DNA of 63,628 nucleotides, counting the filler. It is 11 parts of 11 records of this genome, joined end to end, with 100 filler letters (N's around TTAATTAATTAA, not from the genome) between each part and the next. Parts side by side here need not be neighbours in the genome. Positions count along the whole stretch, not along the records: positions 26,262 to 30,244 come from SRR7504441_9581; positions 30,345 to 38,936 come from SRR7504441_9587; positions 39,037 to 43,471 come from SRR7504441_9597; 8 more parts are not named here. One strand, 5' to 3'. The position numbers were made by a program, and so were the translations under genes. Numbering within the stretch: the stretch's first letter is position 1; the number at the start of each line of letters is the position of its first letter. Positions 26,162-39,150 of this stretch are shown one piece after another. The notes beneath the pieces were generated by a model. It was not told the origin of the DNA, ran no database searches, and worked only from the letters and a program-made list of their open reading frames with translations.

Positions 26162-26368
26162 NNNNNNNNNNNNNNNNNNNNNNNNNNNNNNNNNNNNNNN
26201 NNNNNTTAATTAATTAANNNNNNNNNNNNNNNNNNNNNNNNNNNNNNNNNNNNNNNNNNNNGAATGACCGTAAGAATTATAGTTCATTGTGATATACCCG
26301 TTGCAGTCGACGTGTTGGACGACCTGGTCTTCTGAGCAGAGCAGGAATAACGGCTTGGCAGGCGGACG

Positions 26369-27934
26369 ATGTTCGGGTGGACTGGGAGAGGCGTTGCAGC
26401 TGCGCTGGGGGTCTGTGTACAAATGCGCTGTGTGCTGCCCGCGCTGGGGGTGGACCTCGGGCCCAAGTACCACCTGACCGACGGCCGCACCATGCTCAGC
26501 GACCCGTCCGGCCCCGTGTGGCTCAACGGACACTGGGCGCTGTTTCCCGACGGCGCCCGCGCACAGAACGGCACCGTACCGGCCTTCTTCTGGAGCCGGG
26601 ACCTGGTCCACTGGGAGCGTCGGCTGACCGACATGCAGTTTGGCGAGACCGGCGGGGTGACGGTGCTCCCGGGCGGTCGGGCAGTCACCTTCGGCTCCGG
26701 AGGCCGGTGGAGTGCCACCCGGGGTGTTGCCCAACCGTTCGCGCACTGGACGGCGCTGCCGAAGGGCGGGGTCGATCCGCATACGGCCGGGAGGGCCGGG
26801 GAGCCGCCTGGGCCGCCGGACCAACGGGATTCTGGGCTGTTCAGAGTGGGGGACCCCTCAGCGCCGTTTGAATACAATGGCCGTTGGTATTTGGTGCTAG
26901 GCGGCGGCCGGAACAGCAGTGGGCCACCATACACACGGGGGGAGGCCAGACTGGTCCGGGCAACCAATGAATCGCTGGCTAGCTGGGAGTTTGTCTCAGT
27001 AATGTTCGCAAGCAATAGCACCGCTGGGCATTGGGCAGCACCCGTCAGTAACATGTTTGAGTGCCCCGACTTCTTCCGTCTGGGCGGCCGGTGGATGCTG
27101 CTCGCCTCCCAGATCTTCCAGGCCCCGCGCTGGCCGACCGGAGCGAACCATCATTGGGACCAATACCGGATAGGCAGCTTCGACGGCCAAACCTTCCTCC
27201 CGACCGATCGAGGTGTGCTCGATTACGGCTATGTGGCAGCCGGCAAGACTGGTGGCGGGCCGGGCGGCCGACGGGTCTTCTTTGGCTGGAATATGCCCTG
27301 GAGCCGGCAGAGGGCCAGTCAGCTCAGGTACCCAGTAGAAGAGCCGTTCTCTACACAAGTGCTCCCGCGAGACCTGAGCCTGGCCAAGGACGGCACACTG
27401 CGGATGGCGCCGGTGCCAGAGTTGGCCGCTCTCCGATCCCCAGACGGGCAGTTTCATGCCGAGGCCGTGACTGAGTCCCGGGGATGCGTGGCGCGTGGCC
27501 GACAGATCGAGCTGAATGTCACTGTGAGCGTGGGAACTGGCCCCGAGATGCCAGGACTGGCGATACTGAGCTCCGGAGACGGGCAGGAACGCACCTGGGT
27601 CGGCTGCAACCAGTCGCATTTGATCGTGAACCAGCTCAATTCGAGTCTTGCCCCGGACCAATCTGGTCAAGGCGCCTGGTGGTATTCAGCGTGGGTGAAC
27701 AACCATACGGTCCTTGCTGCGCCGCTACCGATCCAGGCACAGCACGTGATTCGAGTGTTCGTGGACGGGAGTAACCTGGAGGTATTTGCGGACGAGAGGG
27801 TGGCAATCAGCACCAACGTGTTCCCCACCTTGCAGTCGGCCGACTGCGTGGATTTGGAGCCGGCCACCGGTTCATTGGCCTCAGTGTCAATCTATCACCT
27901 AGTGGCCGCACCTGTGAGTGGGATTCCGCCCTAG
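26369..27934 (+). CDS. Glycoside hydrolase family 32 (beta-fructofuranosidase/levanase-like), apparently intronless
   Basis: PKYH...LSDPSG (NDPNG-type), SRDLVHWE, VGDP (RDP-type), MFECPDFF, LDYG, LPRDL; C-terminal RVFVDGSNLEVF beta-sandwich. Confidence 0.9.
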   Translation: MFGWTGRGVAAALGVCVQMRCVLPALGVDLGPKYHLTDGRTMLSDPSGPVWLNGHWALFPDGARAQNGTVPAFFWSRDLVHWERRLTDMQFGETGGVTVLPGGRAVTFGSGGRWSATRGVAQPFAHWTALPKGGVDPHTAGRAGEPPGPPDQRDSGLFRVGDPSAPFEYNGRWYLVLGGGRNSSGPPYTRGEARLVRATNESLASWEFVSVMFASNSTAGHWAAPVSNMFECPDFFRLGGRWMLLASQIFQAPRWPTGANHHWDQYRIGSFDGQTFLPTDRGVLDYGYVAAGKTGGGPGGRRVFFGWNMPWSRQRASQLRYPVEEPFSTQVLPRDLSLAKDGTLRMAPVPELAALRSPDGQFHAEAVTESRGCVARGRQIELNVTVSVGTGPEMPGLAILSSGDGQERTWVGCNQSHLIVNQLNSSLAPDQSGQGAWWYSAWVNNHTVLAAPLPIQAQHVIRVFVDGSNLEVFADERVAISTNVFPTLQSADCVDLEPATGSLASVSIYHLVAAPVSGIPP

Positions 27935-28210
27935 TAAGGCCGCGGCCGCACTGAATTACGTTACCAGAGATTCACACGGCAATTGCAAGACTTAGTGGAG
28001 TAATCGACAGTTGTAAAGTCGCTCATCATGGAGCCCAATTAAATTTAAGTAGAGGTTTATTAAACTCCACACCTATTACTGATGCTGATTAGAAAACGTA
28101 GTTTGTACGAGGGTAGTGTGGTATAAGTGCGGTGCAAGTGCCGTGTGCATGTGTGTGGGAGTGTACGGTGTGCACGGTTGCAAATAATTATGTCCACAGG
28201 TCTGCACACG

Positions 28211-29294
28211 CTATAAGTACAACTGCTCCAGAGATTCAAACGGAAAGTCGGCCACTCCAGAGAACAGCTCCGAACGGGCCGAGGTGGCTAGCTCGCTCCA
28301 CTCTGACGAGTACTTCTCAAAGTCCAGCCCTGCCCCGAGCTCAACGGCCGGCCCTACGATGGGTGCACCGTTGGACCACTGGACGAGCATCGCGGCCTCG
28401 TCGGCTTCAAACTCGAGATCGGGGTCGTGCCAGTCCGGCATCTGGTCCGGCTCGGGCGACTCGGCCGCCGCAGTCTCCTGCTGCTTGCCCTCCGCATACA
28501 TCTTTTTGAGCCACTGTCGTTTCCGCATCTTGGCCCACTGTTGCTTGTTCCGCCGGCGTTTGGTCTTGTCGTGGTGGAAGGGGATTATTCGGCACGAGGT
28601 CTCCTGGGTGATTTGATCAAACATGGCCAGTGTGCGGTCCGCCACGGGCCTCCAACCGTTGTTCTCGATCCGCTCATACCTGCCGTCACGGTGTGCACAC
28701 TGTACTGCGGCTGCCCGCACCAGCCCGAGTGATCGTTGGACGGTCGTGGGCCCTTGTTGTTCTCCTCCTTGGCCCCTCGCTGCTTGTGCTCGGTGTAGTC
28801 CCGTGGGGCGAAAGCGTTGATGTCCACAAGAGGGTTATGCAGGAATATCTTATAAAAAATAGCCGGAGGGAACTGCCCCGACCGATCGGCCGCTGGCCAG
28901 CGCTACGGCCGACCTGGTCTCCACCCAGCCTGAACCGCACGTGCACGCCGGCCGCCGCGTCTACCAGCCCGGCCTCTGCGCCCCCCCGCTGATCTCAGCC
29001 GCAGGGGTCCCCGATGCCTGCCGGGTTGATACAGCGGAGCATCAGCCCAGGGTCGCCCCTCTCCCTGAACTTGATCAGGTCCCGGTAGTACCGGTATATC
29101 CGCTGGTCCTGCCCGAGCTCCAGCCCGGCCGGGGCATGGCCGCTCACCGAGAACCGCTGCCAGGCGCGGCCCAGTCGGTGGGCCGCGGTCTGACGGCGGT
29201 CCAAGTCCTCCAGCGCAAGGTCGGCCGGTCCGCTATCCGCCAGCACCGCCTCGAATGCCGCGTCCACCCGCGCCTCCACCGCCATGTCGGCCAT
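28211..29294 (-). CDS. MFI/C11orf65-like protein, 5 introns (28976-29017 is GC-AG)
   Basis: Spliced product: RAWQRFS...GDPGLMLRCINPAEAGLVDAAAGVHVRFRLGGDQFPPAIFYKIFLHNPLVDINAFAPRDY...WYERIENNGWRP...LDFEKYSSEW. Confidence 0.8.
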
Positions 29295-29385
29295 GAACCC
29301 GCTCAGCGGGTGGTTGGCGCCATCGCCGGAAATATCGCACAATCCCTCTCAGTCGGGCACCCCGGCCGCAGGCGCGTGTGGCGAG

Positions 29386-30207
29386 ATGGGGTGTGGAAGC
29401 AGTGCCCAACCGCCCAGTGACGGGGCTGATGCCGGCACAGCAGCTGAGCAGCACTGCCTCTGGCTTTGCGGCAATCCAGGGAGTGGCAAGACCTTCCTCG
29501 GGGACTACCTGGCCTCGCGAGGCTGGCAGCACATTGACGGTGACCAAGGCAACCAAGCCACAGACCCGGAGGTCAAGGAGCGGTGGGGCAAGCTCTGGGA
29601 GGCGATGAACACGGCGCAGCAAGGCAAGCCGGTGGATGAAGCGCTGTGGCGGCCGTATTATGAGCTCCTTGTACAGCAATACAAGCAGGCGATCCAGGCG
29701 GGTAAGAACGTGGTGCTCTCATTTGCGCTGTTGGACAAGTTTGGCGAGCGGTCGTATCTGGAATCCGAGATAGCTGGACTCAAGTTCGTGCTAGTTGAGG
29801 TGTCCAAGGAATTGTTATTAGAGCGTACGCTCGCGAGGAATAAGCTCACACTCGAGAAAGCAGGCACGACAGAGGAGGAGGTGTGGAAGCAGGACTATAT
29901 GGCAGCTTACAGAGAAAGGTGTGCCGCTTAGCTCCGGCCGGCCGAACGTGTGGCCAGGTATGGCGAGGAGTACACGCCGGAGAGATATCGTCAGATGGAG
30001 GTCGATGGAATGAATGAGCAGGAATTTGTGCACATTGACGCGAGTGACAATTCGATAGTGACTATCAATAACGATGATTGGGAAAATCTTAACTCGATCA
30101 AGGAGCTTAATCGGCTTGCGGGCCTAGAGTGGGAAGATGTGAATACTGTACAGATTGCAGATGTAAACATGAAGAGGATGGAGAACCTAAACACGAGTGG
30201 CGTGTGA
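29386..30207 (+). CDS. P-loop small-molecule kinase (gluconokinase/AAA_33-like) with MGCGSS acylation motif, 1 intron
   Basis: LWLCGNPGSGKTFLG...WQHIDGD. Confidence 0.75.
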
Positions 30208-30344
30208 ACTTTTGACTGATGATCAAGCATGTTGTGAATGATTTNNNNNNNNNNNNNNNNNNNNNNNNNNNNNNNNNNNNNNNNNNNNTTAATTAATTAA
30301 NNNNNNNNNNNNNNNNNNNNNNNNNNNNNNNNNNNNNNNNNNNN

Positions 30345-33300
30345 CAAAGTGGGTGATGATCCAGGCTATCTTCACCAACAAGAGGGTGCGCGATCTGGGC
30401 CGTGAAGCTGACTGGTTGCCCAGGAGACTGTGCACGACTGGCCGCTCACGTTCGAGAACACAATGCCGTCAAATCTTGAGTGGAGCGCTCGCGACAGGTG
30501 CTTCTACGGCACTGGCTTCTACATGGGCAAGGAGCGGATACTCAAGATAGCCCCGACCGTAGAGTCGCTCGAAGTGACTCTGGCCAGCGAGCGCGAGCGC
30601 GACTCCATAATCGAGTATCTCGAGGAATTGACTACGTAAGCGTGTCTTGTCTCGCCCAACTGACTGTGGGGCGCAGCCATAACATGACGACACAGCGGGG
30701 CTGCAATCCGACGAAGTGGGAGACCTGCGCGGGGCTGCAATACAGGGACGAGAAGACCGGCCGCCTCAAGGAAATAGCGCAGCCTTCCGAGGGTACATTC
30801 ATGTACTCGGCCGCGTACGGGGGTGAAAAGCAAGAGATTGTCTGGTCAAGCCACCGACTGGAAGGTGGGTGCAGAGCGCTGGCCGGCCGACTGAGTGGTG
30901 CCGCAGCCATGTATGAGCAGGACAAGAGCCAGTTCGGGTTCCAGCCAGCGTTTCGGCTCAAGAACTGGCAAGTGTTGCGGAACCGAATCGTTGACGATTT
31001 CCCGCTCCCGGTTTGGACACCGATGATAGAGTCAGCTCCGATGCTGCCCACCGTGATCCCAGGAGCGCAGAGGGCCTATGAGGACAGGACGCATACTGTA
31101 AGCCGGCCATAAGCTTGCAGCCTCCTGAGCAGGGGCTTACATAGGTGTATGGGATACAATTCTACAGCGCCGGGCTCGATGATGACGGGATGCCCATCAA
31201 CTACACTGCCAGCATCAGATGCTCGAGCGGCATGCTCACTCTGGCGGGCACGAAGACTTATAAGTGAGTCATGCCAATGCGGTGCCAGTGCTGAGCGTGC
31301 CTCAGGCACTTTGTGAAGCCAGACGGCACGGTAGGGACGATCCCTGGGTATCGGTGGCCTTCGGGCGTGACGGTCTTGGACGGCGGCAAGGGGTTCAACG
31401 AGACGAGCATCCGGATCGCTGGGCCAGCTTCGAGCTTGGTGATAGCACTTCAGCAGTTCACCTACCTCGGTCAGCCAGATTTTAATGGGAACGACGTGAT
31501 TGAATTCAGTTACTACTCTGATGTGGAGGCTGCAAGGGCTGACTTCGAACCTACAGTGAACGAGATACCTATCAAGGTGGCAGCAGTCAACGACAGGCCG
31601 ACCATCACACAGAACTGGGGCTGGGAGGAGAAACTGGAGGGCTACGGCACCATTCTCAAGGAGGCCACCACTATCACGATGCAGGTGGCCGCGAACGATT
31701 TGGAGATCTCACGTGGCGAGAGCGAAGACACCACGGTGGAGATGTATGTGACGATTCTGAAAGGCGACGCGGGGGGCCGGATTCAGTTCACTGAATTGGA
31801 GAATGTGAACGATCTCAAGAACGCTGCTGTGGACATTAAGACTGGAAAAGTCTTCAACTCAGTGAGACTCGGGCTCTATGCCCCGCTGGCTGATGTGAAC
31901 CGGATTTTGGGCGATATGGTGTACACGGCGCCTAAAGATCCTTCGACTATCAAGGATCAGATTCGGATAGAAGTGAATGACCTGGGCAACTACGGGGAGG
32001 AGCATGAGCCGCTCAGGGCCATCCGGAACTTGGAGGTGATGATCAACTGTTACCTTGCCAGTCCACCACAGCTCCAGTCAGCGCAGTTTGACAATTCGGC
32101 TGCCAGGATCTTGATCACGTTTGACCGGGTGACAGACAAGACTATCTCGCTCTTCACTGCTGAGGAGGATCGGCTCTTGGGTATGGACTCGTGTTCAAAG
32201 ATTCTGAGAGAGGGCGCGCCGTCTGTTGCTGAGCTGGTCGAGACACAGAATTGGCTGGGGCTTGACTCAGTCTGTGCATTCCTGGACGAGCGCACGCTCT
32301 CTGCCCAGTGCGGGCCAGGCGCTACAATCTTACCATGGCAAACCATTAGGATTGTTCCCGAACTGCTTCGATCTTGCGAGAACAGTCCACACGGTGCTTT
32401 CGGCGTGGTGACTGTCCGGCCGCCAGAGATCCCCCCAGTCCCCTCAGTGGAGCTGATTGGGGCTAACAAGCTCGGAGTATGCGAAGCTGTCGTCCTGGAT
32501 GCCTCCATGAGCACAGGTGGTGGTGGCCGGCCACTTAAGTACCACTGGCGCCTGCTTGCAGTGGTCAAGGGCAATGCAGTCGAAAAGCTGCAGAAGAACA
32601 AACGGATTGGCAAGTTTTCAAACCTCAATCTTATTAATGCGAGTGCCCTAGCCAACCAACTGTCAGCTTCGGGTAAGCTTGACTTGATCACCATTGATGG
32701 GAATCTGGCCACCTCGCCGCTTCCAGCAGGTAACACCTACATCTTCCAAGTGGGTGTTATGAACTACATGAACATCAGCTCTTGCTACTATGACGAGGAG
32801 CTGATCGAGGAGAAGTGCAAGTCGCAAGGCGTGCTGATGACGTATAAGTCACATAAGAAGCTCCCAACGCTGTTTATCGACGGGAAATCTCAACGGCAGG
32901 TAGTGAAATCCAAAGACCTGATTCTGCAAGCCTCTGCGTTTCCGTCATCGTGCGGTCAACCAGGGACCATGCGTTTCACTTGGAGCTACTACGAAGCCCC
33001 AGTTGATAGACCAGACCTGGATGAGAAGACACGCACTACGCGCAACCTCAAGATTGCGAAGGACAGCCTCAGGGTTGGGCAGCGTTACACTCTCAAATTG
33101 ACTGGGCGGATGGAGAACGATCCGCCAGATATGGAGGTCGACGCCTTTGTCACGCTGGAGGTGATTCCAGGCACCCTTGTGGCAAAGATTGCCGGAGGAA
33201 ATCGCGCACTCCCCACAATTGCGCCAATTGTGCTCGATGGCTCTTACTCTCTGGATCCAGACAACAGCCCTGTCGAGTTCGTTTACACCTGGACCTGTGT

Positions 33301-36300
33301 GATCGCGCCTGATATGCTTCCATGCAAAAACAAGGTAGAAGAGCCGGTTGTGATTCCCTCAAAGCCGATCTACACAGTCCCGCCTCGCCAGTTCTGGATC
33401 GGTACTGAGCTAGTGATTACTTTGAATGTGGAGAAGCCGGGTAGTACGGTCAAGCCTGACTCGACAACTGTGGTCATCGAAATCATCCCTGCTGGTCCAC
33501 CCAAAGTGGCTATCCAACCATTGACAGTGAAAAAATCGAATTCAAACGAACGAATTGTACTCAGGGGTGGCATTGAGGAGGACTATAGATCTCCTGCCTA
33601 CGAGTGGTCGGTGCTTGCGATGGACCAGATCATATTTGATCTCGCGTCACCAATGCCAGGAGACCCGGATTCATTCAGAGACACATCGACTGGACCATAC
33701 ACGCGTAACATGGTGATCCGGCCATCGAAGCTGTCACCCGGCGTGAAATACACCTTCCAACTTTCAGCAGAGGACGACACAGGCGGCCCTGGCCGTGGAA
33801 CTATCGATGTCTTGATGAACAGTCCGCCAGGAGGCGGCACATTCGAGGTCTTTCCGAAAGAAGGTTTTGGCTGCGATACCAGATTTGAATTCCGAGCTAA
33901 GAATTGGGTGGACGACCCAGATGACTACCCACTGCAGTTCTACTTTGGATTTGTCAAGGCCCAGATGAACACGGGCAAACCTGAAGAGACCGCCCTATGC
34001 GCCAACCTGAACAAGGGCTCCTATGGGGCCTTCTTGCCTGCTGGCGACGGAGACAACGAGATCCTAATTGTCAAAGGCAATGTCATGGATAAGTATCAAG
34101 GGACTGCGACTTTTCAGAAGCGGATCACAGTCAAGCGCCATACAAAGAACATCGGGGAACTGGTACTTCGGAAGGTCGAAGAAGTAGTCGGGCCAGCGCT
34201 AAAGCAGGGAGACGCTGATGCAGTCGGCCAAATTGCAGATTGCTCATCGGATCTGCTCAATGCAATCCAAGAGGTGGATGATGACGACGACGAGGAGGAG
34301 CCTTCATTAGACTCCCCGCAGATGGTCCTGGAGAAAAGAGAGAAGGCCGAGGAGGCAAGGCTTCTAAAGATTCAGGAGAACATGGCCGCTCGTGATGCAT
34401 TGCTGAGGAGCCTTGCTGAGATGGCTGCCACAATTACAATGAATAAGGCCGCCATCGACCGTATGAGTAAGACAAGCGGCAGGATCCTAGCAGGAAATCC
34501 CGAGGAACTGTCTGAGTATGCCAAGGAACTGGCATCCAAAGAGATGGAAAAGACCATCGCATCTACTGCAGATGAAGGCTTGGGTCCCGACACTGGGCAG
34601 GCTGCAGGAACTGCACTTGGGGGTACTATGTCCGCTGTTGTGATTGAGAAGGCGGGCAATGGCACAAACACGACCGACGCTGACGAGATCGAGGCTCCCA
34701 GATACAATGTAGGTGTAGGGAAAATGTGTCACTTCAACTATCTCGCGTTGGGTCCTCTTGACGTTGAACAATGTGAATATGAATGCGATAATACCCTGGG
34801 ATGCACTGAATACTCTATTTCATGGAACGAGGAGGAGGCAGAGCATCAGTATGGTTGTCGCATTGCAAAGGACAGCCAGGGTTGCTGTGATAGAGTCCAG
34901 GGTGTTAACGTGGCTGATTTCTGCTCAGTAGCCGCAAACAGCTATCACTGCGTGTTTAACGGAACCAACGGGTGCAAGCTCTACGTCAAGTCGACAGCCA
35001 GGAGGAGTGGCGAGCTTCCCGGAGGAGGACGCCGATTTGCACACCGTCGGTTTCTCCTTGGAGTGCCGGGTTCGGCAATCAAGCCCAAGCCTGCATTGAC
35101 CGAAGAGCAGCGCGTTCAGAAAGAGCTATCTGCAAGCATCCATACCAGCACGGATGACTTGGGATCCAGTGCAAATGCAGGGGCTGTGTCTGGCGAAGCC
35201 CCAGCCCCTATCATGAGTGATGCGATCAAAGTGAATACTAAGAAGATCTATCCTGAGGATGTGGCGGCCAAACCATACGGGCCACCTATTAAGTGCCACT
35301 TTAAATGTCCTAAAGATAAGAAGTGTGATGCTCGTGGCTGTGAATATGGACCTTTATTCTACCTTCCGGCAAACATTCTCGATTATGCAGCTCCTGGATC
35401 CGAGCTGAGCTCGCAAAGCAACGGCTGGGGTGCTAACCCATTTGCCTGGGATGAAGGTGTGCTTGTGTGAGTGCGCAGACTGATTGTATGCTGGTCACAG
35501 GGAGTGCTGGTATGAGTGGCGATGTTTCTGGCTTCTCGCTCGGAATAACTGTGTCAGGGCTTCCACAGCCCATCTTGATTAAAATGCCGCTGAAGGGAGA
35601 TGACCCATCCGAGGCAAGCTGCGCATTTTGGGACAAGACAAATGAAGAATGGTCCACTCGCGGATGTGTGATTGGACAAGTAGTGCAGCCATATGTGTAT
35701 TGCTATTGCACTCACTTGACAGACTTTGGAGCAGTTGCCAAGATGGAGATGCCTGCAATGGACCTGAACAATCCCTTCGACGTTGGAAATTTGGAGCTTG
35801 AGTTCTCGCTTGGTTCACTATTGGCAATCATTGTGATAGTGACTATCTACACGTGCTACATCATGGGATGCTATTACGGGTACATGCGGGACGAAAAGAT
35901 GCGCACTGCCACGGCAATGGTAACAGGCAAGCTCATAATGAAGTCAGACGGGACGTATGAGTGGGAGACTGAGGACGATGTAATTGATCGGAAGAATTGG
36001 GAAGAAGAAGATGCGAGAAAGAAACGAGAAGAGAAAGTTGAAGAGCAAGCCAATCGAGTAGAGGCTTTAAAGAACGACATCTTTGATTCTAACACTATTC
36101 TAAATGCCAAGGCAGATCAGGCAGCCGACTGGGCCGCAATGGACGATTATGAATCCTCGTCAGGCGATGAGGTTGATGCTCACGGAAATAAGATCGAGAG
36201 CTTGAAATCCAAAAAGAAAAAGAAGCTCACAGCAATCGATCGCAAGAAGGCTGAGCTCGAGGAGTTAAAGCAAAAGATTGAGGTGGAGGCAGATAAAGAC

Positions 36301-38095
36301 AACAAGAAGGAGTTGCTTAAGAAGTTTGAGCAGGAAGACCGATCGCTGATGCTGATGATGCTTGAGAAGAAGATAGAGCGGCGGGTGTGTTGGATCTGCC
36401 TTCACGAAGCCCCTGTGAGCAAGATGGTTGCTGCGTGTGGATGCCAGGGTGCACTCGAATTTTGCCATCTCTCCTGCTTGATGCAGTATCAACGGGACTG
36501 CGCTGGGGCTGAATGGGGCGAGATGTGCATCATGTGCGGCCAGCGATACGAGCCTGTGGTGCCTCGATGGGTCCAGCTGCTCCAAGTGGAGATGCTAGAG
36601 GAACAGAACAAGCCACTCGAGATGGACGAGGAGGACCAGGAGGCCGAAAGGAAGTACAAGGAACTGCTCGATCGTGAGCTCCTGGACCTCGTCGACAAAA
36701 AGCTCTACATGTGCTTCATCTGCCTTGGTCAAGACGATTTCACTAAGCTGCTGACACCGTGCAAGTGCACTGGACTGCTCAAGTATGCTCACCAGGAATG
36801 CTTGGAGAAGTGGATGGCCAGGAACGATCAAGCCGGAGAGCAGGAGGGGAACGAGCAGGTACGGGAGTGGGGCTCTAGGTGCAACCAGTGCGGGCATGCT
36901 TACGAGCTCAAGCCAACCACAGGGCCATTGATGCTTAAGATAAAAGACAAGTGAGTGGGCTGCATACTAGTGCGCTCACATGCTGGCACAGGCTATTTGG
37001 CACCGATGCAAAGACCCGAGGCCTGGAGGTTGGCTATGAGTTTGAGGGTACCAAACTGCCACTTTTTGACAAGTGGAAGAACTTGGTCTGGAGTAATTTT
37101 GCGGTGATGCACCCTGTCCTCAACATTGCTATGATGCCACCTCAAAGCCCATACACGCGTCCAATGCGATGCACAGTGTTGCTGTGCACAATTCTTGGAG
37201 GTCTCTCTTGCCTGTGACACGAGAGTTGTGACCGTGTGCCGGTGCAGGTATGGTCGCTGGTGCAATCGTCTATGGCAAAGTGTGTCTCCCTCAGCCTGCA
37301 GGCCTCTGACAGAATTTGTGGCACAGGCGCCACCCACAGACATCCCCGGTAAAATCGTGACGGCAGTGATCCAAGCGGCGGTGATGGTTATCACTCCGTT
37401 GATCATTCGAGGCTTGTTTATCGCCGGCGCCGGAGCTCCAGCTCCTCCCAAGAAGCCGGGCCCTCCACGGCCGTCGATGGAGCGAGAGACAGCATATGCT
37501 CGGCAGCTCCGAATGGCGCATGAGGCTCGGATGGCCACGATGAACCCCATTCAGAAGAAGCTCTACCTGATCAAAAATCCGTCCGCCGCGCCGCCTGCTG
37601 ACCCAACTCCTCCCCCAGGCCGGCCAATCCCTGTGAGTATAAGCTCCCTGGCACGTTGAGCGGTTGGGCCAGATCCTCATCTACATTGCGTACGCGGCAT
37701 CCACCTGCTTCCATGTGATGTGCGCAGGCATGATCATAATGTACGCCTTGATGTTCGACCCCGACGTATCTACTGAGTGGTTGCTCATGGCTGTCTTCAC
37801 CACACTCAACGACTGGCTCGTTGCCAAACCTTTTGCCTTCCTCCAGGTGAGCGGCTTGCTTGCAGTTGCCTTTGAGATTAAACGTGGATGGCAGGCCGCA
37901 ACAATCGGGTTCTTCATGTTTGAGTTTTCAGCCGAAATAGTCGAGGGGATTGAAAGGGCCTTCGATTGGGTAAAGGGATTCTTAGCTGACAAGTGCGGCA
38001 TTGATTTACGATGGTTGGATATTAAGACTACCGCGCCGCCCCCTTCCGCAGTTGCTCTCTTGAATGAGGACAAAGATAAAAAGGAGGACGTCTAG
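30345..38095 (+). CDS. Polycystin-1-like receptor: cadherin-like segment, REJ, PAN-like, GPS/GAIN, TM1, two RING-CH fingers, TM2-5; 5' partial; multi-exon
   Basis: VAAVNDRPTI; LDGSYSLDPD, MNSPPGGGTFEVFPKEG, WVDDPDDYPLQFYF (REJ); CAFWDKTNEEWSTRGC...CYCTHLTDF (GPS); two C4HC3 fingers; SPYTRPMRCTV motif then four hydrophobic helices. Confidence 0.85.
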
Positions 38096-38320
38096 AGGAG
38101 GAGGACGACAACTATTGATCACACGCAGACGTACGAGTACAAACGTACTGAAAACTAACTGAAAACGATAATTTATACTAAAAAATCAAATTGTTTCAAC
38201 CGCGATACTATTATAGGTCCAATGCCGCGAGTGGAGAGTCTTAGGAGAGTTTTATGACAAATATGATGTATAATCATGATTGTACACAAACGGCAGCTTT
38301 CGATTGTACTTTCGCTAGTC

Positions 38321-38936
38321 TCACACGCGCCACTTAAGCGTTCTTGCGAGAAGTTGTTGAACAAGCCCATCCGGAAGCGCACAGAGCTTCTGCATCCGAG
38401 CAGTCTGCGGCGTGGCCCTTTTTTGCGCCTCCATCGTCAGCATCAGCTGCCACGCCCGCCTGCACTCCCTAGTGGCGTTATCGCTCAGCCGCCAGGCAAC
38501 GTCCGGATTCGGCTGCTGATCGGCGCTCATTCCCCCGACCACCACCACGTGCCCGGCCAGCGCCAGCACCTCAAAGCATAAGCGGGGCGACGGCCCAAGC
38601 TCAAGCAGCTCCCAGGCCAAGCTGGCCAGATCGAGACGCCAGAACGGGTCAGCGGCCACCGCCTCACCGTCGATCGAGCCGCCAGCCACAACTATCCCGC
38701 CGGCCACCGCCACAGTCCTGCAATTGAATCTGCCGCTCGGGCCAGCCTCTAGCGCAGTCCAGCTGCAGCTCGGTATGTCCAGCAGCCAACTCACATCCGT
38801 ACATGGAGTGGAGGCATCGGGATGGGCCATGTCGCGCGACTGCTCGCCTCCGAAGAGCAGCATCTGGCAGCCAGTCACAACAGTCGAGCAGCCATACCGC
38901 GGCGAGGGCCCGCCCGGGAGCGGCTCCCACTTGCCG
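38321..38936 (-). CDS. Kelch-repeat protein, 5' partial
   Basis: LLFGG...W, PSGR...VVAGG...W, PSPR...VVVGG repeats. Confidence 0.75.
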
Positions 38937-39150
38937 NNNNNNNNNNNNNNNNNNNNNNNNNNNNNNNNNNNNNNNNNNNNTTAATTAATTAANNNNNNNN
39001 NNNNNNNNNNNNNNNNNNNNNNNNNNNNNNNNNNNNAGCCGCAGCAGTCTATTGGTGTACAGCCGCGCTCGGCAATCGATTGCTGGTGGCCGAGCACCGT
39101 GCCGTTACGCAAGATAACGGAAACCGACCGCCAGGGAACAAGAGAACACC

